DNA of 64,000 nucleotides from Acidimicrobiia bacterium (GCA_965216495.1 OZ244163.1:1194109-1258108); one strand, 5' to 3'. Counted from the stretch's first letter, positions 25,381 through 36,109 are shown. Numbers and translations are program-made. The notes: a model not told the origin generated them from the letters alone.

Positions 25381-28197
25381 ATGCCACAGCCCGACTCTTT
25401 CGCCGCACGTCACATCGGTCCCCGTGATGCTGACATCGAGAAGATGCTCGCCACGGTTGGCGCAGCCTCCCTGGAAGATCTCGTCGAAGAGATAATTCCT
25501 AACTCGATTTACGACCGTCAACTGGACCTACCCGCAGCTCTCGACGAAGTGGCCGTTGTTCAGCGTCTCTCGAGCTTGGCGGCCAAGAACTCCGTCTACC
25601 GGTCTGTGATTGGCCTCGGCTATTACGACACCATCGTGCCGCCAGTTATCCAAAGAAACGTGTTGGAGAACCCAGCTTGGTATACCGCGTATACCCCTTA
25701 TCAGCCAGAGATCTCGCAAGGGCGTTTGGAGGCCCTTCTCAACTTCCAAACGATGGTTTCGGATCTGACCGGTCTTGATGTGGCAAACGCATCATTGCTC
25801 GACGAACCAACGGCAGCTGCTGAAGCCATGGCAATGGCTCGACGGCTCAACCGAAAGGGAGGTTCCACATTTCTCGTCGATCCAGATTGCCACCCTGCCA
25901 CGCGTGCGGTCATCGAAACCCGGGCAGCCGCGGTCGGGATTGTTGTTCGAGACTTGGATGCCGACTCAAATCTTGATGAGGCGTTTGGGGCACTGCTTAG
26001 TTACCCAGGCTCATCCGGTCAGGTGGCGAGTCGTGGTGAGCAAGTAGCACTTCTCAAGTCAGCAGGAATCGTTGTGGCGGTCACCACTGATCTGCTTGCG
26101 CTGACCGTTCTCGAAGCGCCTGGTGAGTGGGGGGTTGACATCGCTGTGGGTTCAGCACAGAGATTCGGTGTGCCGATGGGTTATGGCGGCCCCCATGCCG
26201 GCTTTGTCGCGACGCGGGACGAGCATGTCAGAACCCTCCCTGGGCGACTGGTTGGTGTATCTAAGGACGCCGCCGGTCGGAAGGCATATCGTTTGGCTCT
26301 TCAGACCCGCGAGCAACACATCCGCCGCGACAAGGCGACATCCAACGTGTGCACTGCTCAAGTGCTTCTTGCCGTTATGGCAGGCCTGTACGCCTGCTGG
26401 CACGGCCCTGAGGGTCTGGCTCGGATAGCCAAGAACGTCAATCGTCTCGCCACGCAGCTGGCGGAGTCCCTCAAGGCGGGGGGTTTCGAAACGGTGAACG
26501 ACGCGTGGTTTGACACACTGACCGTCCGGGTGCCGGGTACGGCTGACGTCATCGTTGAGCGCGCTCGAACCGCTGGCATCAACCTCGGCCAGATCGACCA
26601 ACATTCGGTGAGAGTCGCCTTCGACGAGAAGAGCGACGACCAACTCGTGTCAGATCTCTGCGATGCGTTTGGCGTCGAGCTCGTTGACAGTTCCGGCCGA
26701 CTACCAGATGAAAGCCTGCGGTCGACGCCGTTTCTGACCCATCCAGTATTCAGCCGCTATCACTCCGAACACGAGATGCTCCGGTACCTGCGTCGGCTCG
26801 CCGATCGTGACCTGGCACTCGACAGGACCATGATTCCGTTGGGCTCATGCACCATGAAGCTCAACGCGACTACCGAGATGGTTCCCATCACGTGGCCCGA
26901 GTTCGCCGGTATTCATCCCTATGCGCCGGTGGAACAGGCGGCGGGTTATCTCGAGTTGATTGAGGAGCTTGCTTCGGATCTGGCATCGATAACGGGTTAC
27001 GACCACGTTTCACTGCAGCCCAACGCTGGGTCGCAGGGTGAACTGGCCGGACTCCTGGCTATTGCGGCTTATCACCGGTCGCGCGGCGAGAGCGACAGGA
27101 CTGTTTGTTTGATCCCTGCCTCCGCTCATGGGACCAACGCGGCCTCGGCCGTAATGGCGGGGTTCAGTGTGAAGGTGGTGAAGACCGATGCTTCAGGAAA
27201 CATCGATCTGGCTGATCTCCGCGAGAAGGCCGCTGCTCACTCCGAGGAGCTTGGAGCCTTGATGGTGACCTACCCATCGACCCACGGGGTCTTCGAGGAG
27301 GAAATCCGTGAGGTCATCGATGTGGTGCATCGAGCGGGCGGCCAGGTCTATGTCGACGGAGCCAACCTGAATGCAATGGTCGGTCTCGCGAAACCCGCCG
27401 AGTTCGGCGCTGACATTGGCCATCTCAATCTTCATAAGACGTTCACGATTCCGCATGGCGGGGGTGGTCCGGGCGTAGGCCCCGTTGGTGCTCGATCTCA
27501 CTTGGCTCCCTTCTTGCCCAACCATCCGCAGCGGACAGAAGCGGGGCCTGCCTCTGGCATTGGCCCTATCAGCGGGGCACCTTTCGGTTCGGCTGGGATT
27601 CTCCCAATTCCATACACATATCTCAGGCTGATGGGTGCTGACGGTCTTCGCCGGGCAAGCGAGGTGGCGATTCTGTCAGCCAACTACGTGGCCCGGCGTC
27701 TCGATCCGTACTTCCCAGTGCTCTATACCGGAGAGGGAGGCAGGGTTGCGCACGAGTGCATAGTGGACATCAGACCCATCACCAAGGAGTCGGGGGTGAC
27801 AGCCGAGGATGTTGCCAAGAGGCTGGCTGACTATGGATTCCATGCTCCGACCCTGTCGTTTCCGGTAGCGAACACACTGATGATCGAACCAACCGAGTCC
27901 GAGAGCCTCGAAGAGTTGGACCGATTCTGCGATGCAATGATTGCGATTCGCTCCGAGGCAGACCGAATTGCGGCTGGCGAGTGGCCATCTAGCGACAACC
28001 CGCTGACCAATGCGCCTCATTCGGCTCAAGACGTGGTCTCGGATTCTTGGGCCCATCCGTACAGCAGGGAGGTGGCTGCTTATCCGCTCGACAGCCTCGA
28101 GACCGACAAGTACTGGCCGCCAGTTTCCCGGATCGACGGCGCCGGTGGTGATCGCAACCTGGTGTGTTCCTGCCCACCACTAGAGGCTTACGAGTGA
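25381..28197 (+). CDS. gcvP: glycine dehydrogenase (decarboxylating), single-chain P-protein
   Basis: 938 aa. [29 protein letters not shown] and the PLP-lysine region [16 protein letters not shown] are present. Confidence 0.95.
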   Translation: MPQPDSFAARHIGPRDADIEKMLATVGAASLEDLVEEIIPNSIYDRQLDLPAALDEVAVVQRLSSLAAKNSVYRSVIGLGYYDTIVPPVIQRNVLENPAWYTAYTPYQPEISQGRLEALLNFQTMVSDLTGLDVANASLLDEPTAAAEAMAMARRLNRKGGSTFLVDPDCHPATRAVIETRAAAVGIVVRDLDADSNLDEAFGALLSYPGSSGQVASRGEQVALLKSAGIVVAVTTDLLALTVLEAPGEWGVDIAVGSAQRFGVPMGYGGPHAGFVATRDEHVRTLPGRLVGVSKDAAGRKAYRLALQTREQHIRRDKATSNVCTAQVLLAVMAGLYACWHGPEGLARIAKNVNRLATQLAESLKAGGFETVNDAWFDTLTVRVPGTADVIVERARTAGINLGQIDQHSVRVAFDEKSDDQLVSDLCDAFGVELVDSSGRLPDESLRSTPFLTHPVFSRYHSEHEMLRYLRRLADRDLALDRTMIPLGSCTMKLNATTEMVPITWPEFAGIHPYAPVEQAAGYLELIEELASDLASITGYDHVSLQPNAGSQGELAGLLAIAAYHRSRGESDRTVCLIPASAHGTNAASAVMAGFSVKVVKTDASGNIDLADLREKAAAHSEELGALMVTYPSTHGVFEEEIREVIDVVHRAGGQVYVDGANLNAMVGLAKPAEFGADIGHLNLHKTFTIPHGGGGPGVGPVGARSHLAPFLPNHPQRTEAGPASGIGPISGAPFGSAGILPIPYTYLRLMGADGLRRASEVAILSANYVARRLDPYFPVLYTGEGGRVAHECIVDIRPITKESGVTAEDVAKRLADYGFHAPTLSFPVANTLMIEPTESESLEELDRFCDAMIAIRSEADRIAAGEWPSSDNPLTNAPHSAQDVVSDSWAHPYSREVAAYPLDSLETDKYWPPVSRIDGAGGDRNLVCSCPPLEAYE

Positions 28198-28236
28198 TGG
28201 GCCTTGACTTTTGCCGATTCGCTGTGATCGTGTGCG

Positions 28237-28258
28237 GTGCCCGCAACGGGCGCTTTTT
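28237..28258 (+). terminator. intrinsic terminator after gcvP
   Basis: Stem GTGCCCG / CGGGCGC (7 bp including one G-U), loop CAA, then TTTTT (28254-28258), followed directly by a GGAGGG ribosome-binding site. Confidence 0.6.
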
Positions 28259-28269
28259 GGAGGGACTCA

Positions 28270-29469
28270 GTGAAATTCGACGGTGAGATCAAGTTCCCTG
28301 ATGTGGATCATCCGGGTGTTCCTGTCGCGTTCCTGATCGGAGATTCCCAGGCAGAGATCGTTCTCGATGGTGAGCCTCTTGGGCGTTGGTCCCTTTTTGA
28401 TGTGCAAGCATCTCGTCTCGTCGGTCAGGCATTCGAGGTGGATCTCGACGGAACCAAGATCACGTTCCTTGCTAAGGACCCGATTGACTTTGCCTACCGC
28501 GGGGTGGAGCACATGGCGGAGGTTTGGGCCACTCTCAAGTCCAAGTCTCTCGCCACCCGAGGAGTAGCCGTCCGAAAATCGAGGAAGGGCACGGTGGTGT
28601 CAAGACTCGACGATCTGAGGGCGGCGATGATCGACAATCTTGCTGGCCAGGTGCCACCGCCGCCGACACGGTTGCAGAAGGTAGCGCCGGCCGATGAGGC
28701 TCCCGTGGCGACGGAACCCAAGCGTGTCGACGTCGCATCGATGGCGGCTGACGCTCCTTCGACTGCACCGACGACAGATGACTCCGAACTCGCCCGCCTC
28801 CGCGCCGACCTGGATGCAGAAAGAGAGGAGTTAGCGACCCTCCGGAGGCAGCTGGAGATCGAACTGAGGGAAGCCGAACAGCGTGAGAGCGACCGCGTGG
28901 AGGCGTTTCGCGTTGAGATGCAACGTCTCGAATCTGAACGGCGGGCCCTCGAAGCTCAGCGGCTGGGTGTTTCTGAGTCGGAACTTTCTGAGCCTGAGAC
29001 ACCAGATATCGACGTTGACGCCTCCTCCGAACCGGATGTCATTCCAGAGAGTGTTATCGCGGCTGGTGAGAACGGTGCGTTGGCAACGGATGCTCCGGCT
29101 GACGGCGTAGATGTTGATGACGAACCAGACACTCCCCAGGTTGACGATGACGACGACGAGCCTGGGACAACTTTGAGTGAACAGGAGCCACCAACACCAG
29201 AGGACGACCCAGAAGACGTTGTGGATCTATCAGGGATCGAAGCGGCCCTTGATGGCAGCGCTGCCGCAGAGGCGCCGGAGCCCGAACCTGCGATGGCTGC
29301 CGCAGGAGACAGCAAGGCCGGCCTGATGGGTGCAGTTCGTTCGGCGTTCACCAGGGGCGGTGGTCGCACCCATGAGCATGTCTACGTGGAAGCGCCGGGT
29401 GGTATTGGTATCACGCGGTATGTGTGCGAGCAGTGCGGGCACGTTTCGATATCAGTCGGTGACGACTGA
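28270..29469 (+). CDS. hypothetical protein: N-terminal about 100-aa globular domain, coiled coil, long acidic disordered region, C-terminal CxxC/His knuckle
   Basis: GTG at 28270 sits 5 nt after GGAGGG, whereas the 28237 start of the ORF track lies inside the terminator stem. The middle region has a heptad-like stretch (ELATLRRQLEIELREAEQRESDRVEAF). The tail is HEHVYVE...YVCEQCGHV. Confidence 0.55.
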   Translation: MKFDGEIKFPDVDHPGVPVAFLIGDSQAEIVLDGEPLGRWSLFDVQASRLVGQAFEVDLDGTKITFLAKDPIDFAYRGVEHMAEVWATLKSKSLATRGVAVRKSRKGTVVSRLDDLRAAMIDNLAGQVPPPPTRLQKVAPADEAPVATEPKRVDVASMAADAPSTAPTTDDSELARLRADLDAEREELATLRRQLEIELREAEQRESDRVEAFRVEMQRLESERRALEAQRLGVSESELSEPETPDIDVDASSEPDVIPESVIAAGENGALATDAPADGVDVDDEPDTPQVDDDDDEPGTTLSEQEPPTPEDDPEDVVDLSGIEAALDGSAAAEAPEPEPAMAAAGDSKAGLMGAVRSAFTRGGGRTHEHVYVEAPGGIGITRYVCEQCGHVSISVGDD

Positions 29470-30216
29470 TTTACGAAGTCCACCAACCGTCGGTTCGAAG
29501 CTGAAGTAGCGGGTGGCGAGAAAGGCTCCGACCCCACCCCACGCCAAACCACTCAGCAGTGCTCGGCCGAGGTCGGCGCCACCATTCGTCAGCGCCGCCA
29601 CAGCCTCCGTCGCGATGGGTTCTAACGGCAGAAGTCGTGCGAGGGTTTGAATCCAGTCAGGGGAGGCGTCGATTGGGAAGAAGACCCCCGACACAAAGGC
29701 CAGTGGGAGTACGACAAAGTTGGCAATGGCAGGGGCCGCCCTAGCTGTCGGTGATATGGCCGCGATGGCCAATCCCAAGCTTGAGAATGAGCCGGCTCCG
29801 ATCATGGCCACCGTTAGGAAAAGGGGAAGGTGCCGTAGTTCGAACCTAACCCCGAACATGGCAGCGCCAACGGACAGCATCAGCGCTACCGAGACGAGAG
29901 CGATGACGATCGCGGCCACGATCCTGCCAAGTAGGTGGGCGCCCATGGGTAGCGGTGAGGCCGCGACTCGCTTGAGAACTCCGTTGTCCCGGGCCATCGA
30001 CGTATTGATCGCGAGGTTGGTGAAGGTCGCGGACAACACGCCGAAAATCGCGATCGCGGCAGTGAGCGCCGCACCCGAGATCGCGTCCGACGCCGACACG
30101 AAGAAGTTGATCATCACCAGAAACATCAGCGGCAAGATCAGCGTGAAGAAGGCGGCAACACGGTTGCGGAAGAACACGATGAGCTGGATTTGGGCCTGCC
30201 GAAGAACGTCCCTCAT
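29452..30216 (-). CDS. ABC-2 type transporter permease
   Basis: 254 aa and hydrophobic throughout, as expected for an ABC-2 permease (helices not counted). It lies 1 nt downstream of the ATPase gene on the same strand. Confidence 0.75.
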   Translation of the reverse strand: MRDVLRQAQIQLIVFFRNRVAAFFTLILPLMFLVMINFFVSASDAISGAALTAAIAIFGVLSATFTNLAINTSMARDNGVLKRVAASPLPMGAHLLGRIVAAIVIALVSVALMLSVGAAMFGVRFELRHLPLFLTVAMIGAGSFSSLGLAIAAISPTARAAPAIANFVVLPLAFVSGVFFPIDASPDWIQTLARLLPLEPIATEAVAALTNGGADLGRALLSGLAWGGVGAFLATRYFSFEPTVGGLRKSVVTD

Positions 30217-30217
30217 C

Positions 30218-31108
30218 TCAGTGATCCGCCCCGTCGATCAGCGCAAGGTAGGCATCCTCCAGGCTCATGGGACTCACGGTGAGCCTCCGCAGTTCGACAC
30301 CCATGTCGATGGACCGTGAGGTCAGTTTGGCCAGCGTTGCTACGGGATCATCAGTGGTGACTGCAAAGTGACCCATTTCGGATGGGCCCAACTCCAGGTC
30401 CGCTGCCTGTGTCGGGTCGACCTCAAAGCGAATCTGAGTCAAGGGCGTGTCACCGACTAGATCTCGGGGAGTTCCGTCGTAGGCGACGGCGCCTCTGTTT
30501 ATGACGATGAGACGATCGGCCAGATTTTGAGCCTCATCGAGATAGTGGGTGGTGAGAACGACAGTGGTTCCACTCTTGGCCATCATTTCGATAGCGGTCC
30601 AAGTGGCTCGACGAGCAGCCGGATCGAAGCCCGTTGTTGGCTCATCCAGAAAGAGGAGCTGGGGGTCTCCAACCAAGGCGAGAGCTAGGTCGAGTCGCCT
30701 CCGCTGGCCTCCCGAAAGGACTCGGATCCGGGTCGCTCCGGCGTCGCTGAGACCAACCGTTTCACAGACATCGTCAGGGACCCTCGGCTGTGAGTAGGCC
30801 ATCCCGTGAAACCGAATGGCCTCCTCGACTGTTAGGTCATCCTCCAATCCGGACTGCTGAAACACAACCCCGATTTGATCGAGCATTTCGCGGGGTCTGC
30901 CTGTTGCGTCGTGGCCGAGGACCGCCACCGAACCGGACGTGGGTGTTCGAAAACCCACAATCATCTCCAGGGTCGTGGTCTTCCCTGCACCGTTCGGACC
31001 CAGAATGGCCACGACCTGTCCATGAGGGATCTCTAGGTCGATCCCGTCGACAGCCGTCACCTCACCGTAACGCTTGGTAAGTCGCTCAACTTTGATAGCT
31101 GGTTGCAT
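30218..31108 (-). CDS. ABC transporter ATP-binding protein (DrrA-like exporter ATPase)
   Basis: Walker A GPNGAGKTT, signature LSGGQRRR and Walker B LLFLDEPT are present. The ATG at 31108 is preceded by GGAGG; the alternative TTG at 31126 cannot be excluded. Confidence 0.8.
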   Translation of the reverse strand: MQPAIKVERLTKRYGEVTAVDGIDLEIPHGQVVAILGPNGAGKTTTLEMIVGFRTPTSGSVAVLGHDATGRPREMLDQIGVVFQQSGLEDDLTVEEAIRFHGMAYSQPRVPDDVCETVGLSDAGATRIRVLSGGQRRRLDLALALVGDPQLLFLDEPTTGFDPAARRATWTAIEMMAKSGTTVVLTTHYLDEAQNLADRLIVINRGAVAYDGTPRDLVGDTPLTQIRFEVDPTQAADLELGPSEMGHFAVTTDDPVATLAKLTSRSIDMGVELRRLTVSPMSLEDAYLALIDGADH

Positions 31109-31166
31109 GGGCCTCCGGGCCGCCAACGTACTACGGAAGAGATGCCCGGGCCGTTACCCTCCGGCC

Positions 31167-32195
31167 GTGGCCAACTTGCGTCCAGTGATTCTGTCGGGCG
31201 GGTCTGGGACGCGGCTGTGGCCAATCTCATCCCCGGATCTACCCAAACAATTCGTCCCCATTTTCGGTGGGCGATCCTTGTTCGGTCACACCCTCGCGCG
31301 CGTTGGACCTATGCAGGGCGCCGTCGATCCGATCGTTATCTCTGGAGTGGTTCACCAATCTCTCGTGGATGAAGAACTCGCGAGAGCCGATCTAGCTCCT
31401 GCGCAGGTCCTTCTCGAACCGGTGGGCCGGAATACGGCGCCGGCCGTGGTCGCCGCGGCCCTCGTTAGCCACGCTGATGACGTCCTTGTAATACTCCCGT
31501 CAGATCACCTAGTTGCCGATGACCAGGAGTTTCAGTCAGCCCTGCTCAAGGCTGCGGATCTGGCTAAGGCAGGACATGTGGTCACCTTTGGGATTGCTCC
31601 CAATAGGCCGGAGACGGGATATGGATACATTGCCCGGGGTGCCGAGACAGGTTCAGGATTTGCCATCGAATCGTTCGTCGAAAAGCCCCCGTTGGAGATC
31701 GCCAAACAGCTGATAACCACCGCGCGCCACTACTGGAACTCGGGAATGTTCGTGGCGACCGCCACTTCTATCCTTGGCGAGGCGGAGCGATCCTGCCCGG
31801 ATGTTCTCAAGGGGGTGCGGGCAGCCGTGGGGTCCATGAACGGCCGGGTTCTGGGTGAATCGTTCCACGAGGTGGAATCCATCTCGTTCGATCACGCAAT
31901 CATGGAGCACACCTCCGTGGGTGCCCTAGTGGAGCTCGACGCGGGTTGGACTGACCTCGGCTCCTATCGAGCTCTCCTCGAGGCGCTCGATACCGATGAA
32001 AATGGGAACTACACGGATGGAGAGGTGGTCGCGCAACGCGTTAGCGGTAGCTATCTGTCTACCGATGGTGCGACTTTGGCGGTTGCCGACGTCGAGGACA
32101 TGGTGGTGGTAGCCCGAGACGGAGCGGTTCTCGTCGTTCCGATCGACAAGTCTCAGGCAGTCCGCGACATAGTCAGCGAGCTCAACGCGGGATGA
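31167..32195 (+). CDS. manC: mannose-1-phosphate guanylyltransferase (GDP-mannose pyrophosphorylase)
   Basis: The N-terminus RPVILSGGSGTRLWPIS is the family signature. GYGYI and WNSGMFV are also present. The GTG start at 31167 was chosen over the overlapping 31074/31107 starts. Confidence 0.8.
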   Translation: MANLRPVILSGGSGTRLWPISSPDLPKQFVPIFGGRSLFGHTLARVGPMQGAVDPIVISGVVHQSLVDEELARADLAPAQVLLEPVGRNTAPAVVAAALVSHADDVLVILPSDHLVADDQEFQSALLKAADLAKAGHVVTFGIAPNRPETGYGYIARGAETGSGFAIESFVEKPPLEIAKQLITTARHYWNSGMFVATATSILGEAERSCPDVLKGVRAAVGSMNGRVLGESFHEVESISFDHAIMEHTSVGALVELDAGWTDLGSYRALLEALDTDENGNYTDGEVVAQRVSGSYLSTDGATLAVADVEDMVVVARDGAVLVVPIDKSQAVRDIVSELNAG

Positions 32196-32497
32196 GGTTC
32201 ATCGGACTACTGATGCTGCTGTCAGTGGCACTCTTCGGCTGCACACGCTCGCTGACCACGGAGCAAGATGGTGAGAGGATTTTCGCGGTGACGTGCGCCC
32301 AGTGCCACGGGGACGATCTGCAGGGAGTTATTGGTCCGCCTCTGGGGCCGGGCAGCAATGCTGCTGTTGAAGGCCCTGAGTACATGGAGTTCACGGTGCG
32401 CCACGGACGAGGACGGATGCCGTCTTTCTCTTCGGCTCTATCTGATGCACAGATCGCCGCCGTCGTCGACTATCTGGTTGAGGTCCAGGGAGGGTGA
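32192..32497 (+). CDS. monohaem class I cytochrome c lipoprotein
   Basis: Signal plus lipobox LLSVALFGC, haem motif CAQCH, and distal GRMPSF (Met ligand). ATGA overlap with manC and GTGA overlap with menC. Confidence 0.75.
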   Translation: MRFIGLLMLLSVALFGCTRSLTTEQDGERIFAVTCAQCHGDDLQGVIGPPLGPGSNAAVEGPEYMEFTVRHGRGRMPSFSSALSDAQIAAVVDYLVEVQGG

Positions 32498-33456
32498 ACG
32501 GTGTCCTGGCCGATCTAGAACTCTTTCCAGTTCGAATCCCAATGCGACATCGATTCCGTCGCGTTGACTTCCGCGACGTAGTGCTGATCCGTGGCGCCGA
32601 AGGATGGGGAGAGTTCTCGCCCTTTCCCGAATACCCGCCTGCAGTGGCAGTGCGCTGGCTAAGGGGTGCGTTGGAGTTGGCGACGGCTGCGTTGCCACCA
32701 CCAGGGTCGGCGCAGGTCCCAGTCAATGTGACGATTCCGGCTCTGGATCCCAACACGGCAGGCCAGCTCGCAGCTCGGAGCGGAGCGCGTGTCGCCAAGG
32801 TGAAGATCGGAGAGCCCGGCCATAGCGAGATAGACGACATCCGGCGCATCGGCGCAGTGGTCGACGCTCTCGGACCTGGTGGCTCGGTCAGGGTCGACGT
32901 AAATGCGTCGTGGGACGTGGACACAGCGGCCAAACGAATCAATGCTCTGGACAGGTTCGACCTCGAGTACGTGGAGCAGCCGGTTGCCACAGTGGCTGAG
33001 CTGTCTGAGCTGCGACCCAGGATCAATACCCCGATCGCTGTGGATGAGCTGATCCGACTTAGTGATGACCCGTTGGCGGTGATGGCTGCCGGAGTGGCCG
33101 ACGTGGTGATCGTCAAGGTTCAGCCCCTGGGAGGAGTCCTGTCGACGCTGGCTCTGGCAGAGCAATGTGAGGTGCCTGTCGTTGTGTCCTCCGCGCTCGA
33201 GACTTCCGTCGGCATGTATGGCGGATTGCTCGCCGCATCGATCATCGATAGTGCTGAGGGACGTGCGCACGGCTTGGGCACCGTCGATCTCCTGGCCGGG
33301 GATCCCACTTCGGCGCCTCTGATATCTGAGTCGGGCTACGTTCGGGTGAGGCGTCCCGAGCCAGATCCCGAACTCGTCGTGAAATGGAAGCCGGACACGG
33401 ACGTTACTTTGGCGATGTTGTCGCGGCTCGACGAGACTGCGCGTCTGATCGCATGA
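32494..33456 (+). CDS. menC: o-succinylbenzoate synthase (enolase superfamily)
   Basis: FPVRIPMRHRFRRV...GWGEFSPF and the KVK / DVN...EYVEQP / VDE metal-ligand pattern are present. It is adjacent to menD. Confidence 0.8.
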   Translation: MNGVLADLELFPVRIPMRHRFRRVDFRDVVLIRGAEGWGEFSPFPEYPPAVAVRWLRGALELATAALPPPGSAQVPVNVTIPALDPNTAGQLAARSGARVAKVKIGEPGHSEIDDIRRIGAVVDALGPGGSVRVDVNASWDVDTAAKRINALDRFDLEYVEQPVATVAELSELRPRINTPIAVDELIRLSDDPLAVMAAGVADVVIVKVQPLGGVLSTLALAEQCEVPVVVSSALETSVGMYGGLLAASIIDSAEGRAHGLGTVDLLAGDPTSAPLISESGYVRVRRPEPDPELVVKWKPDTDVTLAMLSRLDETARLIA

Positions 33457-35099
33457 CCTATCCCAATGTCAGCACCGCGCTTGCGTCGATTGTTGTAGAC
33501 GAGTTGGCCCTCGCTGGTGTGAAGCAGGTCTTTATCTCCCCGGGTTCACGTTCGGCGCCACTCGCTATTGCGGCTTCTGCACATCGCGATCTGACGTCGA
33601 TTGTGGTGATCGATGAACGCTCAGCGGCCTTCATGGCGCTCGGTGCCGCCAAAGCCAGCGGCCGTCCTACAGCCGTTGTTGCAACCTCTGGCACGGCTGT
33701 TGCTAACCATCTTCCAGCGATCGTCGAGGCGAGCATGTCGCACGCTCCTCTCGTGGCAGTTAGTGCCGACCGACCCGCACGCCTCGTAGGGGTGGGAGCC
33801 AACCAAACAATCGATCAAATCGGGATATTCGAACGCTGGGTAAGGGCTCAAGCTTCACTCGCTGATCGGGACGGAACAGATCAGAACGACGAGTGGCGCG
33901 CTGATCTGCGCCGGGTGTTGGATGTGGCAACGGCGGGCTCTGTAGGTCCAGTCCATATCAATGTTGCGCTCGACGAACCGCTAGCCCCAACTGCGAACGA
34001 TGGGCGATCCCAAGCAGTCCCATACACCCATCCCACGCCGAGAACCGAGAGCATGCGGACTCGAGACGCGACCGACCAGGAGGTAGAGGCGCCACCAGCG
34101 ATGCGTGAGGCGACCAGAGCGCTGATCGTGGCTGGCGACGGTGAGTATGACCGGAACCAGTTGCGAAGCGAAGCCAGTCGGCTCGGCTGGCCGGTGTTGG
34201 CCACTGCCTTGTCGAACATGAGAGGGTCAGGCGTCGTGTCCTCATATCGGGCGATCGGCGGGGGAGGAGAGTTGCCCCAAGATCTCCGTCCCGACCTGGT
34301 CGTGGCTGTCGGCTCGCTAGGCCCGGATCCAGTCCTCGAGACGATCTTTGCTTGTGCCGCGGAGCGCATCCGGGTCGATAGCTGGGGCAGACCTATCGAC
34401 CCGGGCCTCAACGCGACCACGATTCTGCATGCGGACCCGGTAGGCCTGCTCCGAGCCATGCGTTCCTCGGAGTCCGACAAGCGATGGGTCGCCCGATGGC
34501 TCGACGCCGACGGACAGGCCAAAGAACGCGTGGCAGCCGCAATAGCCGGTCAAGCCCGCCTCACCGGGGCTGGCGTGGTTGCTGCGCTTGACGCGTTAGA
34601 GCCTTCGACGATGTTCGCCGGGTCTTCGCTTCCGATCCGCGAGGTCGACGCTCACCTGCACGGTGCTTGGAGGGTCGTCGCCAATCGAGGGGTTTCGGGC
34701 ATCGACGGTTCCATATCGACTGCTGTCGGAGTTGCACTGGTGAGCGGTGGGGCCATCGCGTTGATTGGGGATGTGTCGGCTTTCCACGACTCCAACGGGC
34801 TTCTTGCGGAGCGAAAAGGAGTTGACCTGGCGCTAGTGGTCATCGACAACGGCGGGGGCGGGCTGTTCGATCAGTTGCCTCATCGTCAGCACTCACCTGA
34901 GTTTGAGAGACTTTTCGTGGCTGACCCCGGTCGCGACCTCGCCAACCTCGCCCAGTTGCACGACGTGTCCTTCGCGTCGTGCACGTCACGCACGGAGGTG
35001 ACCGCAGCAGTACAGCATGCCCGAGAGTCAGGCGGTATCCATCTGATTGAAGCCCAGGTGGATCGTCTCCACGACCTGGAGGCTCGGACTCAGCTCTGA
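33453..35099 (+). CDS. menD: SEPHCHC synthase (2-succinyl-5-enolpyruvyl-6-hydroxy-3-cyclohexene-1-carboxylate synthase, ThDP-dependent)
   Basis: The ATG at 33453 overlaps the menC stop (ATGA). The N-terminus reads VDELALAGVKQVFISPGSRSAPL...TSGTAVANHLPAIVEA, and the ThDP motif is GDVSAFHDSNGL. Confidence 0.85.
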   Translation: MTYPNVSTALASIVVDELALAGVKQVFISPGSRSAPLAIAASAHRDLTSIVVIDERSAAFMALGAAKASGRPTAVVATSGTAVANHLPAIVEASMSHAPLVAVSADRPARLVGVGANQTIDQIGIFERWVRAQASLADRDGTDQNDEWRADLRRVLDVATAGSVGPVHINVALDEPLAPTANDGRSQAVPYTHPTPRTESMRTRDATDQEVEAPPAMREATRALIVAGDGEYDRNQLRSEASRLGWPVLATALSNMRGSGVVSSYRAIGGGGELPQDLRPDLVVAVGSLGPDPVLETIFACAAERIRVDSWGRPIDPGLNATTILHADPVGLLRAMRSSESDKRWVARWLDADGQAKERVAAAIAGQARLTGAGVVAALDALEPSTMFAGSSLPIREVDAHLHGAWRVVANRGVSGIDGSISTAVGVALVSGGAIALIGDVSAFHDSNGLLAERKGVDLALVVIDNGGGGLFDQLPHRQHSPEFERLFVADPGRDLANLAQLHDVSFASCTSRTEVTAAVQHARESGGIHLIEAQVDRLHDLEARTQL

Positions 35100-36109
35100 G
35101 TTACTCCGAGGACTGTCAGCATCGGTTCGAGTTTCAGAGACGTCTCGCGCAACTCCGCTTCTTCCTCGGAGCCTTTGACGACGCCACCTCCGGCAAACAG
35201 CGTCATGGTTGAGCCGATGATCTGACCGCAGCGGAGACCCACAGCAAACACACCGTCCCCGTTGGCTCCCAGCCATCCGACTGGCCCGGCATATCGACCG
35301 CGCGGCGGTTCCGTGGCAGCGATATGAGCAAGAGCCTGCGACGTCGGCGTGCCGGCTACCGCGGCGGTCGGGTGCAATGCCTGCAGGCAGTCAGCGATAT
35401 TGACATCCGGCCGGACCTCGGCCTCAAATCGCGTGGCCAGATGGGCCAGCCCACCCTGCCGGACGATCTCGGAAACCTCTTTGGGAGTGTCCTTTGTCAG
35501 CCCCGCGATTGCATCGCGGACCGAGTGAGCCGCGTATTGATGCTCCGACCGTTGTTTCTCGGTATCCAGGCCGTTGGCGCCCACAGCAGTGCCCGCAAGA
35601 GTTTGGGTGCGGAGAACACCGTTCTTTAACGAAACCAGAAGTTCGGGGCTTGCACCAACAAAGCCGTCCACCGCGTAGACATAAGAGTCCGGGAACTGCT
35701 CGGCGAGTCCTTCGGCGAGCAGGATCTCGTTGAGAGGCTCGGCGAAGGACAGGACCACACGACGTGCGACCACAACTTTCAAGAGGTCACCGTGATCGAT
35801 GGCTTTGATCGCCTGGCGGATTGCCGTGCGCCATTCTGTGATGCCTCGATCCATCACTTTGCCGCTGGGTCTGATCGTGGGGCGTTCGGTCCGCGTAGAA
35901 GTCCACTTGGCGGGACTGGCGACTGAACCCAAGGCGTGGGTCTCAAACGAGAATGCGGCTAGAGCGAATTCCCACTCAGAGTCCGCCAGCCAGCGAGCGG
36001 TTTCGTGAAATCGGTGCTCGCCGGGCGATGGGCGAAACCAGTCGACACTCGAAACGCCGGTCAGGCTCATAGGGCCGGAGGAGTCTGGTTGGATCCACAG
36101 ACACTTCAT
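35090..36109 (-). CDS. menF: isochorismate synthase
   Basis: Chorismate-binding core LHPTAAVAGTP...RGRYAGPVGW...VGLRCG...LFAGGGVV is present. ATGA overlap with murI, and a convergent 10-nt overlap with menD. Confidence 0.8.
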   Translation of the reverse strand: MKCLWIQPDSSGPMSLTGVSSVDWFRPSPGEHRFHETARWLADSEWEFALAAFSFETHALGSVASPAKWTSTRTERPTIRPSGKVMDRGITEWRTAIRQAIKAIDHGDLLKVVVARRVVLSFAEPLNEILLAEGLAEQFPDSYVYAVDGFVGASPELLVSLKNGVLRTQTLAGTAVGANGLDTEKQRSEHQYAAHSVRDAIAGLTKDTPKEVSEIVRQGGLAHLATRFEAEVRPDVNIADCLQALHPTAAVAGTPTSQALAHIAATEPPRGRYAGPVGWLGANGDGVFAVGLRCGQIIGSTMTLFAGGGVVKGSEEEAELRETSLKLEPMLTVLGVTQS

